A stretch of DNA of 64,000 nucleotides from an uncultured Alphaproteobacteria bacterium (GTDB taxonomy: Bacteria > Pseudomonadota > Alphaproteobacteria > Rhodobacterales > Rhodobacteraceae), in NCBI GenBank assembly GCA_963798385.1, contig CAWCTE010000006.1, forward strand, positions 18,646 to 82,645, read 5' to 3'. The position numbers and the translations under genes were made by a program. The notes beneath the pieces are model-generated. The model saw only the letters and a list, made by a program, of their open reading frames with translations. It was not told the origin of the DNA and searched no databases. Below, in pieces: positions 22,392-32,683 of this stretch (its first letter is position 1; every line of letters begins with the position of its first letter).

Positions 22392-23786
22392 ATGTCCCAG
22401 CCCACCGACGCGGCGCTGCCGCCGTACTTCAGCATCTCGCCCGACACCGCGCTCGCTGAGCTCGGCCCGGCCACCGGCACCCGGGATCTGGCCGCCATCG
22501 CCGCCGCCTGCGCCCGCGGCCGCGACGACCTGGTCAGCCGCGGCCACCGCACCGACGGCCGCAAGGAGCTGCGGCTGTTCTCCACCTGGGAGATCACCCG
22601 CTACCTGATCCCGGTGGCGCCCGCGCATTTCCGCCGGGTGCTCCGCGGCAACCCCGACCTGCCCCAGGGCCGCGCCGAGACCGAAGGTGGCGCCAAGTGG
22701 TTCACCCTCGACGAGGTGCTGCGCCTTCGCGCCCACTTCGCCGCCGAGGGCAGCCGCGCCAAGGAATACCGCCCCTACCGCCCCGAGGGCCTGCCGGCGA
22801 AGATCTGCGCGGTGGCGAACTTCAAGGGCGGCGTCGGCAAGACCTCGACCGCCGCGCACCTCGCCATGTCCGCGGCCCTCGACGGCTACCGGGTGCTGGT
22901 CGTCGACCTCGACAGCCAGGGCTCGATGACCAGCGTCTTCGGCGGCCGGGTCGAGGACGAATGGGGCACGGTGTTTCCGCTCATCGCCCGCGACTACGCC
23001 CTGGGCCTGCGCGAGGAGAACCGCCGCCGGGCCGAGCGCGGCGACGCCCCGCAGCCGCTCGAGGAGATGCTCGACACCGCGCTCACCAAGACCGCTGCGG
23101 ACGTCATCCAGCCGACCCACTGGCCGAACATCGACCTCGTCGGCGCCCAGCTCAACCTCTACTGGGCCGAGTTCCAGATCCCGGTCTGGCGCATGGCCTT
23201 GCGCGGCTGGAAGCTCTGGGACGCCCTCGGCAACGCGCTGGAGCGCGACAAGGTGCTCGACGCCTACGACCTCGTCATCCTCGATACCCCCCCAGCGCTC
23301 GGCTACCTCACCATCAACGGCCTCGCCGCCGCCGACATCCTCCTCGTCCCGCTCGGCGCCAGCTTCCTCGAGTTCGACTCGACGGGGCGCTTCTTCGACA
23401 TGCTGCACTCGACCTTCCAGTCGATCGAGGACGGCGAGAACCTCGCCGCCCGCGCGCTGGGGCGCCCGGAGATCCGCTTCGAATGGGACGCGGTGCGCGC
23501 CGTCATCACCCGCTACGACGCCGGCCAGCAGGCCGAGCTCGCCAGCCTGATGCAGGCCTACCTCGGCCGCACCCTGTCGCCCTGGCGCCAGGACTTCACC
23601 GCCCTCGTCGGCCAGGCCGGCGAGCAGGCCGGCGGCATCTACGAGGCCGATTACCGCGACTTCAACCGCGACACCTATGCCCGCGGCCGCCGCACCTTCG
23701 ACGAGACCTACGCCGCCTTCAAGCGGCTGCTCGTCGCCAGCTGGCGCCGCGACGAGACCGCCCTCCGCGAGAAGGAGATCGCCTGA
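22392..23786 (+). CDS. parA: ParA partition ATPase with N-terminal extension
   Basis: ANFKGGVGKTST, VVDLDSQGS, ILDTPPALG. Confidence 0.92.
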   Translation: MSQPTDAALPPYFSISPDTALAELGPATGTRDLAAIAAACARGRDDLVSRGHRTDGRKELRLFSTWEITRYLIPVAPAHFRRVLRGNPDLPQGRAETEGGAKWFTLDEVLRLRAHFAAEGSRAKEYRPYRPEGLPAKICAVANFKGGVGKTSTAAHLAMSAALDGYRVLVVDLDSQGSMTSVFGGRVEDEWGTVFPLIARDYALGLREENRRRAERGDAPQPLEEMLDTALTKTAADVIQPTHWPNIDLVGAQLNLYWAEFQIPVWRMALRGWKLWDALGNALERDKVLDAYDLVILDTPPALGYLTINGLAAADILLVPLGASFLEFDSTGRFFDMLHSTFQSIEDGENLAARALGRPEIRFEWDAVRAVITRYDAGQQAELASLMQAYLGRTLSPWRQDFTALVGQAGEQAGGIYEADYRDFNRDTYARGRRTFDETYAAFKRLLVASWRRDETALREKEIA

Positions 23787-24797
23787 TGGCCCGCCGCAGA
23801 CTCGCCCCCGTGTCCATGGAGCCCGCCGAGACCACGGATGTTCCGCGCGCGGAACATTTCGGGGATCCGTTCCGCGCCAGCCCCACCGCCCCGATCGCCC
23901 GGGTCGCCGCCGAGGCCGCCGGCACCGCCGCCCTCCGCGAGCTCTCCGACACCCTGGAGCGCGCCCGCGAGACCGGCCGCATGGTCCTCGACCTCCCCCT
24001 CGACGCCATCGCCCCCGACCACCTCGCCCGCGACCGCATCGCCGCCGAGGACGCCGAGATGGCGACCTTGCGCGAGTCGATCCGCACCCACGGCCAGCGC
24101 ACCCCGGTCGAGGTCACCCCCCTCACCGGCGCCCTGCCCTACGGCCTGATCTCCGGCTGGCGCCGCCTGCAGGCGCTGAAGTCGCTCCATGCCGAGACCG
24201 GCGACGCCCGCTTTCGCCACCATCCAGGCCCTGGTCCGCCGCCCGGAGACCGCCCGCGACGCCTACGTCACCATGGTCGAGGAAAACGAGATCCGCCTCG
24301 GCCTCAGCCAGTACGAGCGCGCCCGCGTCGCCGCCCTGGCCACCGAGCGCGGCGTCTTCGAGACCGAGAAGGAGGCCCTCCTCGCCCTCTTCGCCACCGC
24401 CAGCCGCCCCAAGCGCTCGCGCATCCGCGCCTTCCTCGAGATCTACCACGCCCTCGACGGCACCCTGCGCTTTCCCGCCGCCCTCCCCGAACGCCTCGGC
24501 CTCGCCCTGGTCGAGCGCCTCCGCGCCGGCGACGCCGCCCGCATCGCCGCGGCCCTCGCGGAGGCCGCCCCCGACACCGCCGAGGCCGAGCAGGCGCTCC
24601 TCGCCCGCCTGGTGCAGCCACCGAAGGCCCCACGCCCCGCCGCCCCCCGCCGCGAGATCGCCCCCGGCGTCACCCTCGAGCAGACGCTGAAAGGCCGCAC
24701 CCTGACCCTGAAGCTCACCGGCATCGACGCCGACCGCGCCGCCCGCGTCGAAGCCGCCCTCGAAGCCGCCCTGGAGCCGGTTTTCACGGCGAAATAG
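23786..24797 (+). CDS. parB: ParB partition protein (frameshift near 24210)
   Basis: RDRI, SIRTHGQRTPVEV, YGLISGWRRL, MVEENEIRLGLSQYER. Confidence 0.9.
23838..23857. promoter_or_regulatory. parS-like palindrome copy 2 (inside parB)
   Basis: ATGTTCCGCGCGCGGAACAT. Confidence 0.7.
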
Positions 24798-24830
24798 CCC
24801 CTCCAGGGTCAGGGGAGAGAACCCTCACAC

Positions 24831-24846
24831 GTTCCGCGCGCGGAAC
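24831..24846. promoter_or_regulatory. parS-like palindrome copy 3
   Basis: GTTCCGCGCGCGGAAC just downstream of parB. Confidence 0.75.
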
Positions 24847-25139
24847 ATTTCATGCCCTGCCTGCCTGCGCACCGGCCCAAGGAAGTGACGAGCGAACAGG
24901 CCGCATCCTGTGGGGGTTTGACGAGGCGGAGAACCGGTTGCACGCAGTGTGAGATCAGCGCCTCCGGGAACGTTGGCGGCAGGAGCAGCGGACAAGGCAG
25001 GCGCACCACTCGTCCCGTCCCCGTCCTGATTAAGATCAGGTTGCGGCAAGGAGCAGTCTGACTCCATGATCCCTCATTGTGACGAGAGTGTGACGTGCAC
25101 GCGAAATCGGCACGGCCAACCGTAGAGCCGGAGAGCAAG

Positions 25140-26063
25140 ATGGACGTTCGGTTTCTTGGGTATGAGGGACGCGACCGAGAAGTCATCGACTACCACATGA
25201 CCTCCCTGCCGGGGACGCGATTCTCGGTTCGTGGTCCCTTGCCGCTCAGCTTGGAGCCCGGAAGCTACTTCGCCGCGGTGGGCGCCGCCCAGACCTTCGG
25301 TTGCTACTGCGAACAGCCGTTCCATGCGATCCTGGGGCGCCGGATCGGTCTCCCCGCGCTTAACCTCGGCATGGCCGGCGCCGGCCCGGAGTTCTTTGCG
25401 GCGCAGGAGGGCATGATCGAATACATTAATCGTGCCCGGTTCGCGGTCCTGCAGGTGATGTCGGCACGGAGTCAGAGCAATTCCCTCTACGAGTGCGGAG
25501 GGCTCGAGTATGTCACGTTGCGGGCGGACGGCAGGAAGCTGGGGGCGGAAGAGGCCTTTGAGGAACTGATTGGCAAAGTGCCCACAAAGGGGAGCTCGCT
25601 GGCCGAGCGGGCGGCGCGAAAGGCAAGGAACTTGCTGGCGCGGCCACGAGTGCGATCGCTGACGAGGGAAATCCGCGCGAACTGGACCGCCTCGAACCTG
25701 CGACTCCTGGACCGGATAGAGGTGCCGACGGTGCTCTTCTGGTTCTCGCAGCGCGGCCCCGCCTACCAGGAGGACTACACGAGTACGTGGAAGCTTCTCG
25801 GTCTGTTTCCGCAGCTGGTCACGCCCGAGATGCTCGCCCCAATCATCCCCCGCGCCGCTGCCTACGTCGAGTGCATCTCGGCGCGCGGCATGCCCCAGAA
25901 GCTCTTCAGCCGCTTCACCGGCGAGCCGGTGACCACCCCGCCATTCGAGAATGCCTACTACCCGTCCCCCGAGATGCAGGAGGACGCTGCGAACGCGCTG
26001 GAGGAGGTTTGCCGCAAGCTCGCGGCCGAGTCTGGGGCAGGCGAATCCTCGAGCAGCAGGTAA
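25140..26063 (+). CDS. DUF6473-like protein
   Basis: RGPLP..YFAAVGAAQTFG..PF..LNLGMAGAG, YYPSPEMQ; recalled as DUF6473. Confidence 0.6.
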   Translation: MDVRFLGYEGRDREVIDYHMTSLPGTRFSVRGPLPLSLEPGSYFAAVGAAQTFGCYCEQPFHAILGRRIGLPALNLGMAGAGPEFFAAQEGMIEYINRARFAVLQVMSARSQSNSLYECGGLEYVTLRADGRKLGAEEAFEELIGKVPTKGSSLAERAARKARNLLARPRVRSLTREIRANWTASNLRLLDRIEVPTVLFWFSQRGPAYQEDYTSTWKLLGLFPQLVTPEMLAPIIPRAAAYVECISARGMPQKLFSRFTGEPVTTPPFENAYYPSPEMQEDAANALEEVCRKLAAESGAGESSSSR

Positions 26064-26084
26064 CACGTTGGCCTGACTGGTAAC

Positions 26085-27182
26085 TCACCGGAGGCGTAGG
26101 CCGAGGGCCCTCCGCCTCAGTGCTCGCCACCGACGGGCGCCCGCCCGGACAAGGCGATCCGTCCGCGACTGGGCCCGGAGGGGCCGCTCAAGCAGCAACT
26201 CCGCGATGAGATCGATGGCATCATCGAACCCGACGGCTTCGCCGTCGCACGTCGACGCGACCGGCGGGTCGAAAAGCCGCGAATCTTCCGGGAAGTGACG
26301 GAGACGCACCCTCTCGTTGCAGTTGGCAAAGCGCGCGAGAAACGCCTGCCGCTCGGCGAGGCTCATCGTCGAGGGCGCGCCGGTAGAGCGTTGCTCAAGA
26401 AGCCTTACGAGTTCTATGCGCTGAGGAAGGTAGCCGTCCTTGCCCCAGGAGGCTACCCGGGCGTTGATCGCCTTCAGCAGCATCAGGTTGCGCGCGTCGA
26501 GCGAGCGGTTGAGCGCCGGGGGCATGATGCCGTCCTTGATGATCGGCAGCCCTGCTGCCACGAAGAAGTCGGTCACCAGAGAACCGCCCGGCGGCTGGTA
26601 GCGGCGCACTGTTACGTGCTCCAGGCCGAAGGGAACCTCCCATCGACTCAGGCACTCGTCGAAGTCGAACCAGGACACATTGCCGAGCCAGTCGCGCTCG
26701 AGGGTGCCGCCGCTCTTGATGTATGTGGAGTAGAGACTGAGGAGCAATTCGTCTTGGCGACGCAGGAAGATCACCACGTCGATCCGGTCTGCCAGCGGTG
26801 CGAGGGCCTCGCGCAGAGCCGCCACCGGAGGCCCGTGCAGCCGCGACGACAGGTGCTCGCTTGACAGGAGGAGAGTCTTGCCCGCGGCCTCCCGTGATAG
26901 GGCCGCAAGTCGGCGCATAACGTCCGCGCGATAGCGGCGCTGATCTTGCTCTCCACGCCAGCTCTCGGTGGGACCGACGTGCTGCAGCCATGCCAGATCA
27001 CCGAAGGCCGCGGCGAGCGCGAGATGGTTGTTCGGCCCGAACTCGTCGGGGTAGAACACCCCTCGGTTACGAAGTGCCTGCCGATTGAGGGCGCAGAAGG
27101 CCTGGATCGTGGTGGTTCCGGTCTTCTCGGCGCCGATGTGAAGCACGATGCGGGCGGCGCGGCGCGGAGCGGAATCAGCCAT
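26085..27182 (-). CDS. Sulfotransferase-like P-loop protein
   Basis: LHIGAEKTGTTTIQ, LLSSEHL, FLRRQD..SLY, NRSL. Confidence 0.75.
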   Translation of the reverse strand: MADSAPRRAARIVLHIGAEKTGTTTIQAFCALNRQALRNRGVFYPDEFGPNNHLALAAAFGDLAWLQHVGPTESWRGEQDQRRYRADVMRRLAALSREAAGKTLLLSSEHLSSRLHGPPVAALREALAPLADRIDVVIFLRRQDELLLSLYSTYIKSGGTLERDWLGNVSWFDFDECLSRWEVPFGLEHVTVRRYQPPGGSLVTDFFVAAGLPIIKDGIMPPALNRSLDARNLMLLKAINARVASWGKDGYLPQRIELVRLLEQRSTGAPSTMSLAERQAFLARFANCNERVRLRHFPEDSRLFDPPVASTCDGEAVGFDDAIDLIAELLLERPLRAQSRTDRLVRAGARRWRALRRRALGLRLR

Positions 27183-27498
27183 CGCGGCGCCATCCAAGCC
27201 AGATGGCAGGACGGCTACAAAAACGGTATACGACACCTACACATCGCGGCACCACGCTCATCATACTCAGTGACGTCCCAATACTTTGGTCGGCTACAGG
27301 GTCTTTCATAAGTGTGCGGGCCGTCAACGCTCACTCAACGCAGTCCTGTCATCCGACAAGAAGGGCGGAGTTTTGCTACCCGCCTGCGGTCAGTGCCCCG
27401 CTCCTCATTATGCCGTAGCAGCCGGACTCTTGCCGGGCGATCCATACTGCGGCCAAAATCAGAAATATCAAATACATCAATTAGATGAGTATTCCTAA

Positions 27499-27588
27499 TG
27501 GCGGAGAGAGAGGGATTCGAACCCTCGAGACGGTTTCCCGCCTACACACTTTCCAGGCGTGCGCCTTCGACCACTCGGCCACCTCTCC
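27499..27588 (-). tRNA. tRNA-Ser(GGA)
   Basis: GGAGAGGTGGCCGAGTGG...CACGC-CTGGAAA-GTGTG, long variable arm, GGTTCGAATCC, CCA end; 90 nt. Confidence 0.97.
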
Positions 27589-27665
27589 GGTGGCGGACAG
27601 AAAGCACTTCCGCTCCGGCAGTTCAAGCCTTGGCCCTGCCCACAGCCTGTCCTAACCTGACCCAC

Positions 27666-27965
27666 GTGGATGCGAAGGCACAGAAGAGCGCCCGCACGGG
27701 CAGGCGCCGGGTTCTGAAGCTCGGCGCGGCGGGGATCCTCGCCTGGACGATGCCGGTGCCCGGTGCGGTGGCGCGGGGGGTACCCCCGCCGGTCCCGGTC
27801 GGGCGCGGCCTCGTCGACGGCAGCGGCCGGGTGCACAGCGTGCCGAACCTCTATCTCGGTGGCTCGAGCACCTTCGCCACCGGCAGCTGGATCAACCCGA
27901 CCTATACCATCGTCCAGCTCTCCCTGCGCCTCGGGGACCACCTCGGGGCGCGCCGGAAGGCGTGA
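27666..27965 (+). pseudogene. Internally deleted Tat-exported GMC oxidoreductase remnant
   Basis: GRRRVLKLG Tat-like leader joined to the GMC C-terminus VDGSGRVHSVPNLYLGGSSTFATGSWINPTYTIVQLSLRLGDHL. Confidence 0.7.
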
Positions 27966-28133
27966 TGCGGGACCCGCCGGACCCACTCGGACTCCGCAGG
28001 ATACGCATTAACGATTAAGCTCCCATCAAGATCGTATGGGCGCTTTCCAGCCGCCTTCCAGCCCGGCCAGATCCCCGTAAACCTTTGGTGCCCCGCCGGA
28101 TTCCCGCGCCGATCCGCCCCGATCCCTGCGGGC

Positions 28134-28859
28134 TCAGTCGATCAGGTCGGGATGGAACTTCAGGCCGGCGAGGTAGGCCCCGTCGGTCGACTGCACCCAG
28201 TAGCGCCGCCGGGGCGGCCCGAGCGCCATGAGCTCCGGCACGGTCAGGAAGTCCCAGTCGGGCCGGGCGGCGAGCACCGCCTCGACCGCCGCGAGCATCG
28301 GGCCCCGGTCGCGGCAGGCCTCCGACTGGAAGCTCGCCAGCGTGTCGTGGAGGAGCACGATCGCGCCCGGGTGCAGCCCCTCGAGAATCCGCCCGGCGAT
28401 GGCCGGGCCGTCATCCTCCGCCCAGTCGGCGCCGACGACGCTCCAGGCGACCACCGTGTAGCCGAAGCGGCGGGCGGCGAGGTGGCTGGTGAGGCTCTGG
28501 TCGCCGTAGGGCGGCCGCATCATCGCGAGCGGCCGGTCGATCGCCGCCGCCGCCCGGCGGAGCTGGTCGCTGACCCCGGCGAAGCTGAGGCGGGGCAGGG
28601 CAGGGTGGTCCCAGCTGTGGTTCCCGATCGCGTGGCCTTCGTCCAGCAGCCGCGCCACCAGCGCCGGGTGCTTCGCCGCCCGCTTGCCGACCAGGAAGAA
28701 CGTGCCCTTGGCGCCGTGGCGGGCGAGAAGCTCGAGAAGCGCCGGCGTGGTCTCCGGATCCGGGCCGTCGTCGAAGGTGAGCGCCGCCGCCGGCTCGCCG
28801 GTGCGCACCCCCGTCACGGTGCCGAGGAGCCGGGTCTTGACCCGGTCGACGAAACTCAC
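28134..28859 (-). CDS. Polysaccharide deacetylase (NodB/CE4)
   Basis: ALTFDDGP, IGNHSWDH, RPPYG, IVLLHD. Confidence 0.93.
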   Translation of the reverse strand: MSFVDRVKTRLLGTVTGVRTGEPAAALTFDDGPDPETTPALLELLARHGAKGTFFLVGKRAAKHPALVARLLDEGHAIGNHSWDHPALPRLSFAGVSDQLRRAAAAIDRPLAMMRPPYGDQSLTSHLAARRFGYTVVAWSVVGADWAEDDGPAIAGRILEGLHPGAIVLLHDTLASFQSEACRDRGPMLAAVEAVLAARPDWDFLTVPELMALGPPRRRYWVQSTDGAYLAGLKFHPDLID

Positions 28860-28986
28860 CGGGCCGCCTGCGGCGAGTGGAGAAGGAGAGAAACTGACTT
28901 CAATCGAGCGCCATTGAACCCCGCAGGCCATTCACCTGTAATCAAAATCGTCTCCGGCATGCCGGTGCAAGTGGTGCGGCAATGCC

Positions 28987-30078
28987 TCACTTGTCGGAGG
29001 CGTGCGGAGCATAGGGCGGTACCCGGTAGCGCAGCATGCCAACGAGCTGGCCGCTGAGCCGCCCGGCGCCGGCGCGCAGCCGGGCGGCGCTCAGCATGGT
29101 ATCGGGCGCCGGCCGCAGTCCCTTGCGGAGATGGTAGTGGACATAGGGCCGCACCCGGTAGCGCAGCATGCCAACGAACTGGCCGCTGAGCCGCCCGGCG
29201 CCGGCACGCAGCCAGGCGGCGCTCAGCATGGTGTCGGGCGCCGGCCTCAGTCCCTTGCGGAAGTGATGGTGCAGGAGCCGGCGCCAATTTCTAAGGTAGT
29301 GCCGCCAGCCGCCGGCGAAGCAGATGCCCCGGTCGCGATAGCGGCGGACCAGCTTCATCTCGTAGTGGCCCCAGTTGTAGTTCTGGCGGAAGATCGGCGC
29401 CAGGTCCGCCCGGGCCCGCACGTGCATCACTGCCTCGGGCACGAAGTGGATCTCGTGCCCGGCGAGTTGCGCGCGCAGGCTGAACTCGGCATCCTCGAGA
29501 TAGGCGAAGTCAGGGTCGAAGCCGCCGATCTCGTCCACCACCCGGCGCCGCACCCCCATGGTGCCGCCGCCGACATGGACGAAATCCGGCAGGAAGGCGA
29601 CGCGCTCGAGCCCGGCATTTTGCAGGTCGCCCCGGGTCCCGCGGATCCAGCCGCTGTTCAGCCGGTCGAAATCGATGCGGCAGGCGACGAGGGCGTGCGT
29701 GTCGAGCGCCTCGCCCATGGCGGCGAGCCAGCCCGGCGCCGGTACGTCGTCGGCGTCGCAGAACACCACTGCCGGTGCCCGGGCGCCGGCAATACCGATG
29801 TTGAGGGCAAAGGGTTTCCCCCGCTTCGCGGCCGCGTCCACGACCCGCATCCGCATCTCCGGATGCGCCGCGGCCACCGCCCGAAACAGCGCCGCCGAGC
29901 CGTCGGTCGAGCCGTTGTCGGCCAGCACGATCTCCCAAGGCCGGTCCCAGCGCTGCGCCAGAAGTCCCTCGAGGGTCTCCCGGAGCGTCCCGACGCCGTT
30001 CCGGCAGGCGATGACCACGCTGAGGGCGGGGGTGGTCTCGGGCATGGCCGCCTCGGACACGTCCGTGGCCTCGGCCAT
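28987..30078 (-). CDS. Glycosyltransferase family 2 with duplicated C-terminal tail
   Basis: SVVIACRNG, DNGSTDGS, FCDADD, LEDAEF. Confidence 0.9.
   Translation of the reverse strand: MAEATDVSEAAMPETTPALSVVIACRNGVGTLRETLEGLLAQRWDRPWEIVLADNGSTDGSAALFRAVAAAHPEMRMRVVDAAAKRGKPFALNIGIAGARAPAVVFCDADDVPAPGWLAAMGEALDTHALVACRIDFDRLNSGWIRGTRGDLQNAGLERVAFLPDFVHVGGGTMGVRRRVVDEIGGFDPDFAYLEDAEFSLRAQLAGHEIHFVPEAVMHVRARADLAPIFRQNYNWGHYEMKLVRRYRDRGICFAGGWRHYLRNWRRLLHHHFRKGLRPAPDTMLSAAWLRAGAGRLSGQFVGMLRYRVRPYVHYHLRKGLRPAPDTMLSAARLRAGAGRLSGQLVGMLRYRVPPYAPHASDK
29010..29273. repeat. 132-bp in-frame tandem duplication
   Basis: 29010-29141 and 29142-29273 are near-identical (44 aa unit). Confidence 0.92.
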
Positions 30079-30365
30079 GCGGGACGGGCCTCCAGGATAG
30101 GCGAAGGGCAGGGGGGCCAGTGACGGGCGCTTCCCGGTCACTCTTGCACCCCTGGACGTTCCCCGCGAGTGTCGGGAGCGAGGCGAGGCAGAAAGCGGAT
30201 CAACCATGAACAAACAACCCGATCTGACAACCGGCATTTCCCATGCAGGCGGCTCACCCTACCAAAATCCGGCGCCATGCAGTAGAGGGGACCGCCGGTT
30301 TGCGGGGTTAAGTGGTGAACGGATTGGTTTTCGGTTTCGGCGGCGGGACGGCGGGCAGAGGCGGA

Positions 30366-31660
30366 ATGCCCGGGGTTGATCGCGTGCGCGCGGGCAGTCT
30401 GCAGCCGGCCCCGGAGGCACGTCCGGAAATGCCGCCGGGGGAGGCCCCGGGCTGGCCGGGAGAGGGCAGGGCGGTCCTGATCGTGGTGGAAAACCTGCCG
30501 GTGCCCTTCGACCGGCGGGTCTGGCTCGAGGCGACGACCCTCGCCGCCGCCGGCTATACCGTCTCGGTGATCTCGCCCAAGGGCAAGGGCTTCGATGCCG
30601 ACTACGAGCTGCTCGACGGGGTGCATGTCTACCGCCATCCCATGCCCCCCGACGGCAACGGCGCGCTCGGCTACCTGCGCGAATATTCCGCCGCGCTCTG
30701 GCACGAGCTGCGCCTGGCCTATCCGGGTCCGCCGCGAGCGGGGCATCGACGTCCTGCAGGGCTGCAACCCGCCGGATCTGATCTTTATCGTCGCCTGGGC
30801 GCTCCGGCCCTTCGGCGTGCGCTACCTTTTCGACCACCACGACGTCTGCCCGGAGCTCTACGAGACCAAGTTCGGCCGCAAGGGCGCCTTCTGGGGGCTG
30901 ATGCGGACCTTCGAGTGGCTGACCTTCCGCACCGCCAGCGTCTCGATCGCCACCAACGACAGCTTCGCCGCCATCGCCCGCGACCGCGGTGGCATGGCGA
31001 CCGAGGACGTCTTCGTGGTGCGCTCTGCACCCAGGACCGAGACCTTCCGCATCGGCCCCCCCGACCCGGCGCTCAGGCAGGGCTTCGCCCATCTCGTCGG
31101 CTGGGTCGGGGTGATCGGACAGCAGGAGGGGCTCGACCTCCTGGTCGCCGCCGCCGACCACCTGATCCGCGACCTCGGCCGCGACGACGTGCATTTCGCC
31201 ATCATCGGCTTCGGCCCGCACCTGCCGGTGATCGAGGCCGAGGTGGCGCGCCCGCGGGCTCGGGCGGCATTTCACCTTCACCGGGCCGCAATACGGCGAT
31301 GACCTGCTCGCCTGGCTCAACACCGCCGACATCTGCGTAAGTCCCGATCCGAAGACCGCGATGAACGACATCTCCACGATGAACAAGGTCGTCGAGTACA
31401 TGACCCTGAAGAAGCCGGTGGTGCAGTTCGACCTGAAGGAGGGCCGCGCCTCGGCGGGTGATGCAGCGCTCTATGCCCGCGAGAACGATCCCGTGGACTT
31501 TGCGGAGAGGATCGCCGAGCTCCTCGACGACCCGGGCCGGCGGATGGAGATGGGCGAAACCGGCCGGGCCCGGGTCGAGGACGGGCTTTCTTGGGCGCAC
31601 TCGGCGCCGCGGCTGCTGGCCGCCTACGACCGGGTCTTCGCCAAGAAGGCCGGGCGATGA
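30366..31660 (+). CDS. Glycosyltransferase family 4 (frameshifts near 30720 and 31255)
   Basis: IVVENLPVPFDRRVWLEA, CNPPD, FDHHDVCPELY, STMNKVVEYM. Confidence 0.88.
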
Positions 31661-32661
31661 GCGCCGACGGCACCGTCGTCGGCCCGGCCGCGGGGGGCGG
31701 GGAGGGCAGGGCGGCGACCACCTCCCCGGTCCTCTCGATTCTGGTGATCAGCTACAACACCCGGGAGATGACCCTCGCCTGCCTGCGCAGCGTTGTCGAA
31801 GAGACCCGCACCCCCTACGAGCTCATTGTCCTCGACAACGCCTCCATAGACGGCTCGGCCGCGGCGATCGCAGCGGAATTCCCTGACATCCGGCTGATCG
31901 CGAGCGCCGAGAACCTCGGCTTCGCCGAAGGCAACAACGTTGCGGCCCGCGAGGCGAAGGGCGAGTACCTCCTGCTCCTGAACCCCGACACGCTGGTCTT
32001 GAGAGGTGCGCTCGACAAGCTCCTCGCCTTTGCGAAGGCCGAACCGCAGGCCGGCATCTGGGGTGGGCGCACGCTTTACGCCGACGGCAGCCTCAACCCG
32101 GCCTCCTGCTGGCGGCGGCTCGACCTCTGGGCGCTCGCGATGCGGGCGACCGGGCTCGCCGGCCTGTTCCGCGACAGCCCGATCTTCAACGCCGAGGCCT
32201 ACGGCGGCTGGCGTCGCGACACCTCCCGCGAGGTCGACATCGTCACCGGCTGCCTGTTCCTGATCCGGCACGAGAGCTGGGACCGCCTCGGCGGGTTCGA
32301 TTCGAGCTACGTGATGTACGGCGATGAGGCCGATCTCTGCCGCCGGGCGCAGGCGATGGGGCTCCGGCCGATGATCACGCCCGAGGCCGAGATCGTGCAT
32401 TACGCCGGTGCCTCGGAGACGGTGCGCGCCGACAAGGGGGTGCGGCTCTACAAGGCGCTGATGACGCTGATCCAGCGGCACTTCCCGCCCTGGCAACGGC
32501 CGCTCGCCCGCGCGCTCCTGCTCGCCACGCCGATGACCCGGGCGCTCGCACTCCGCGTCCTTCCCGCGAGCCATTCCGGCGCCGAGGCGGGCTGGCGCGA
32601 GCTCTGGGCCCGCCGGGCAGAATGGCGCAATGGCTATCCCGATCTTTCGGGTAAAGGCTGA
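31657..32661 (+). CDS. Glycosyltransferase family 2
   Basis: ILVISYNT, DNASIDGS, NLGFAEGNN, LLLNPDT, MYGDEADLC. Confidence 0.92.
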   Translation: MSADGTVVGPAAGGGEGRAATTSPVLSILVISYNTREMTLACLRSVVEETRTPYELIVLDNASIDGSAAAIAAEFPDIRLIASAENLGFAEGNNVAAREAKGEYLLLLNPDTLVLRGALDKLLAFAKAEPQAGIWGGRTLYADGSLNPASCWRRLDLWALAMRATGLAGLFRDSPIFNAEAYGGWRRDTSREVDIVTGCLFLIRHESWDRLGGFDSSYVMYGDEADLCRRAQAMGLRPMITPEAEIVHYAGASETVRADKGVRLYKALMTLIQRHFPPWQRPLARALLLATPMTRALALRVLPASHSGAEAGWRELWARRAEWRNGYPDLSGKG

Positions 32662-32683
32662 ACTCGGATCCCGCTCCGGCCGC

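Noticed and set aside
27498-27665. ORF-track N-terminus MAEREGFEPSRR
   Set aside because: It is the antisense translation of the tRNA-Ser gene.
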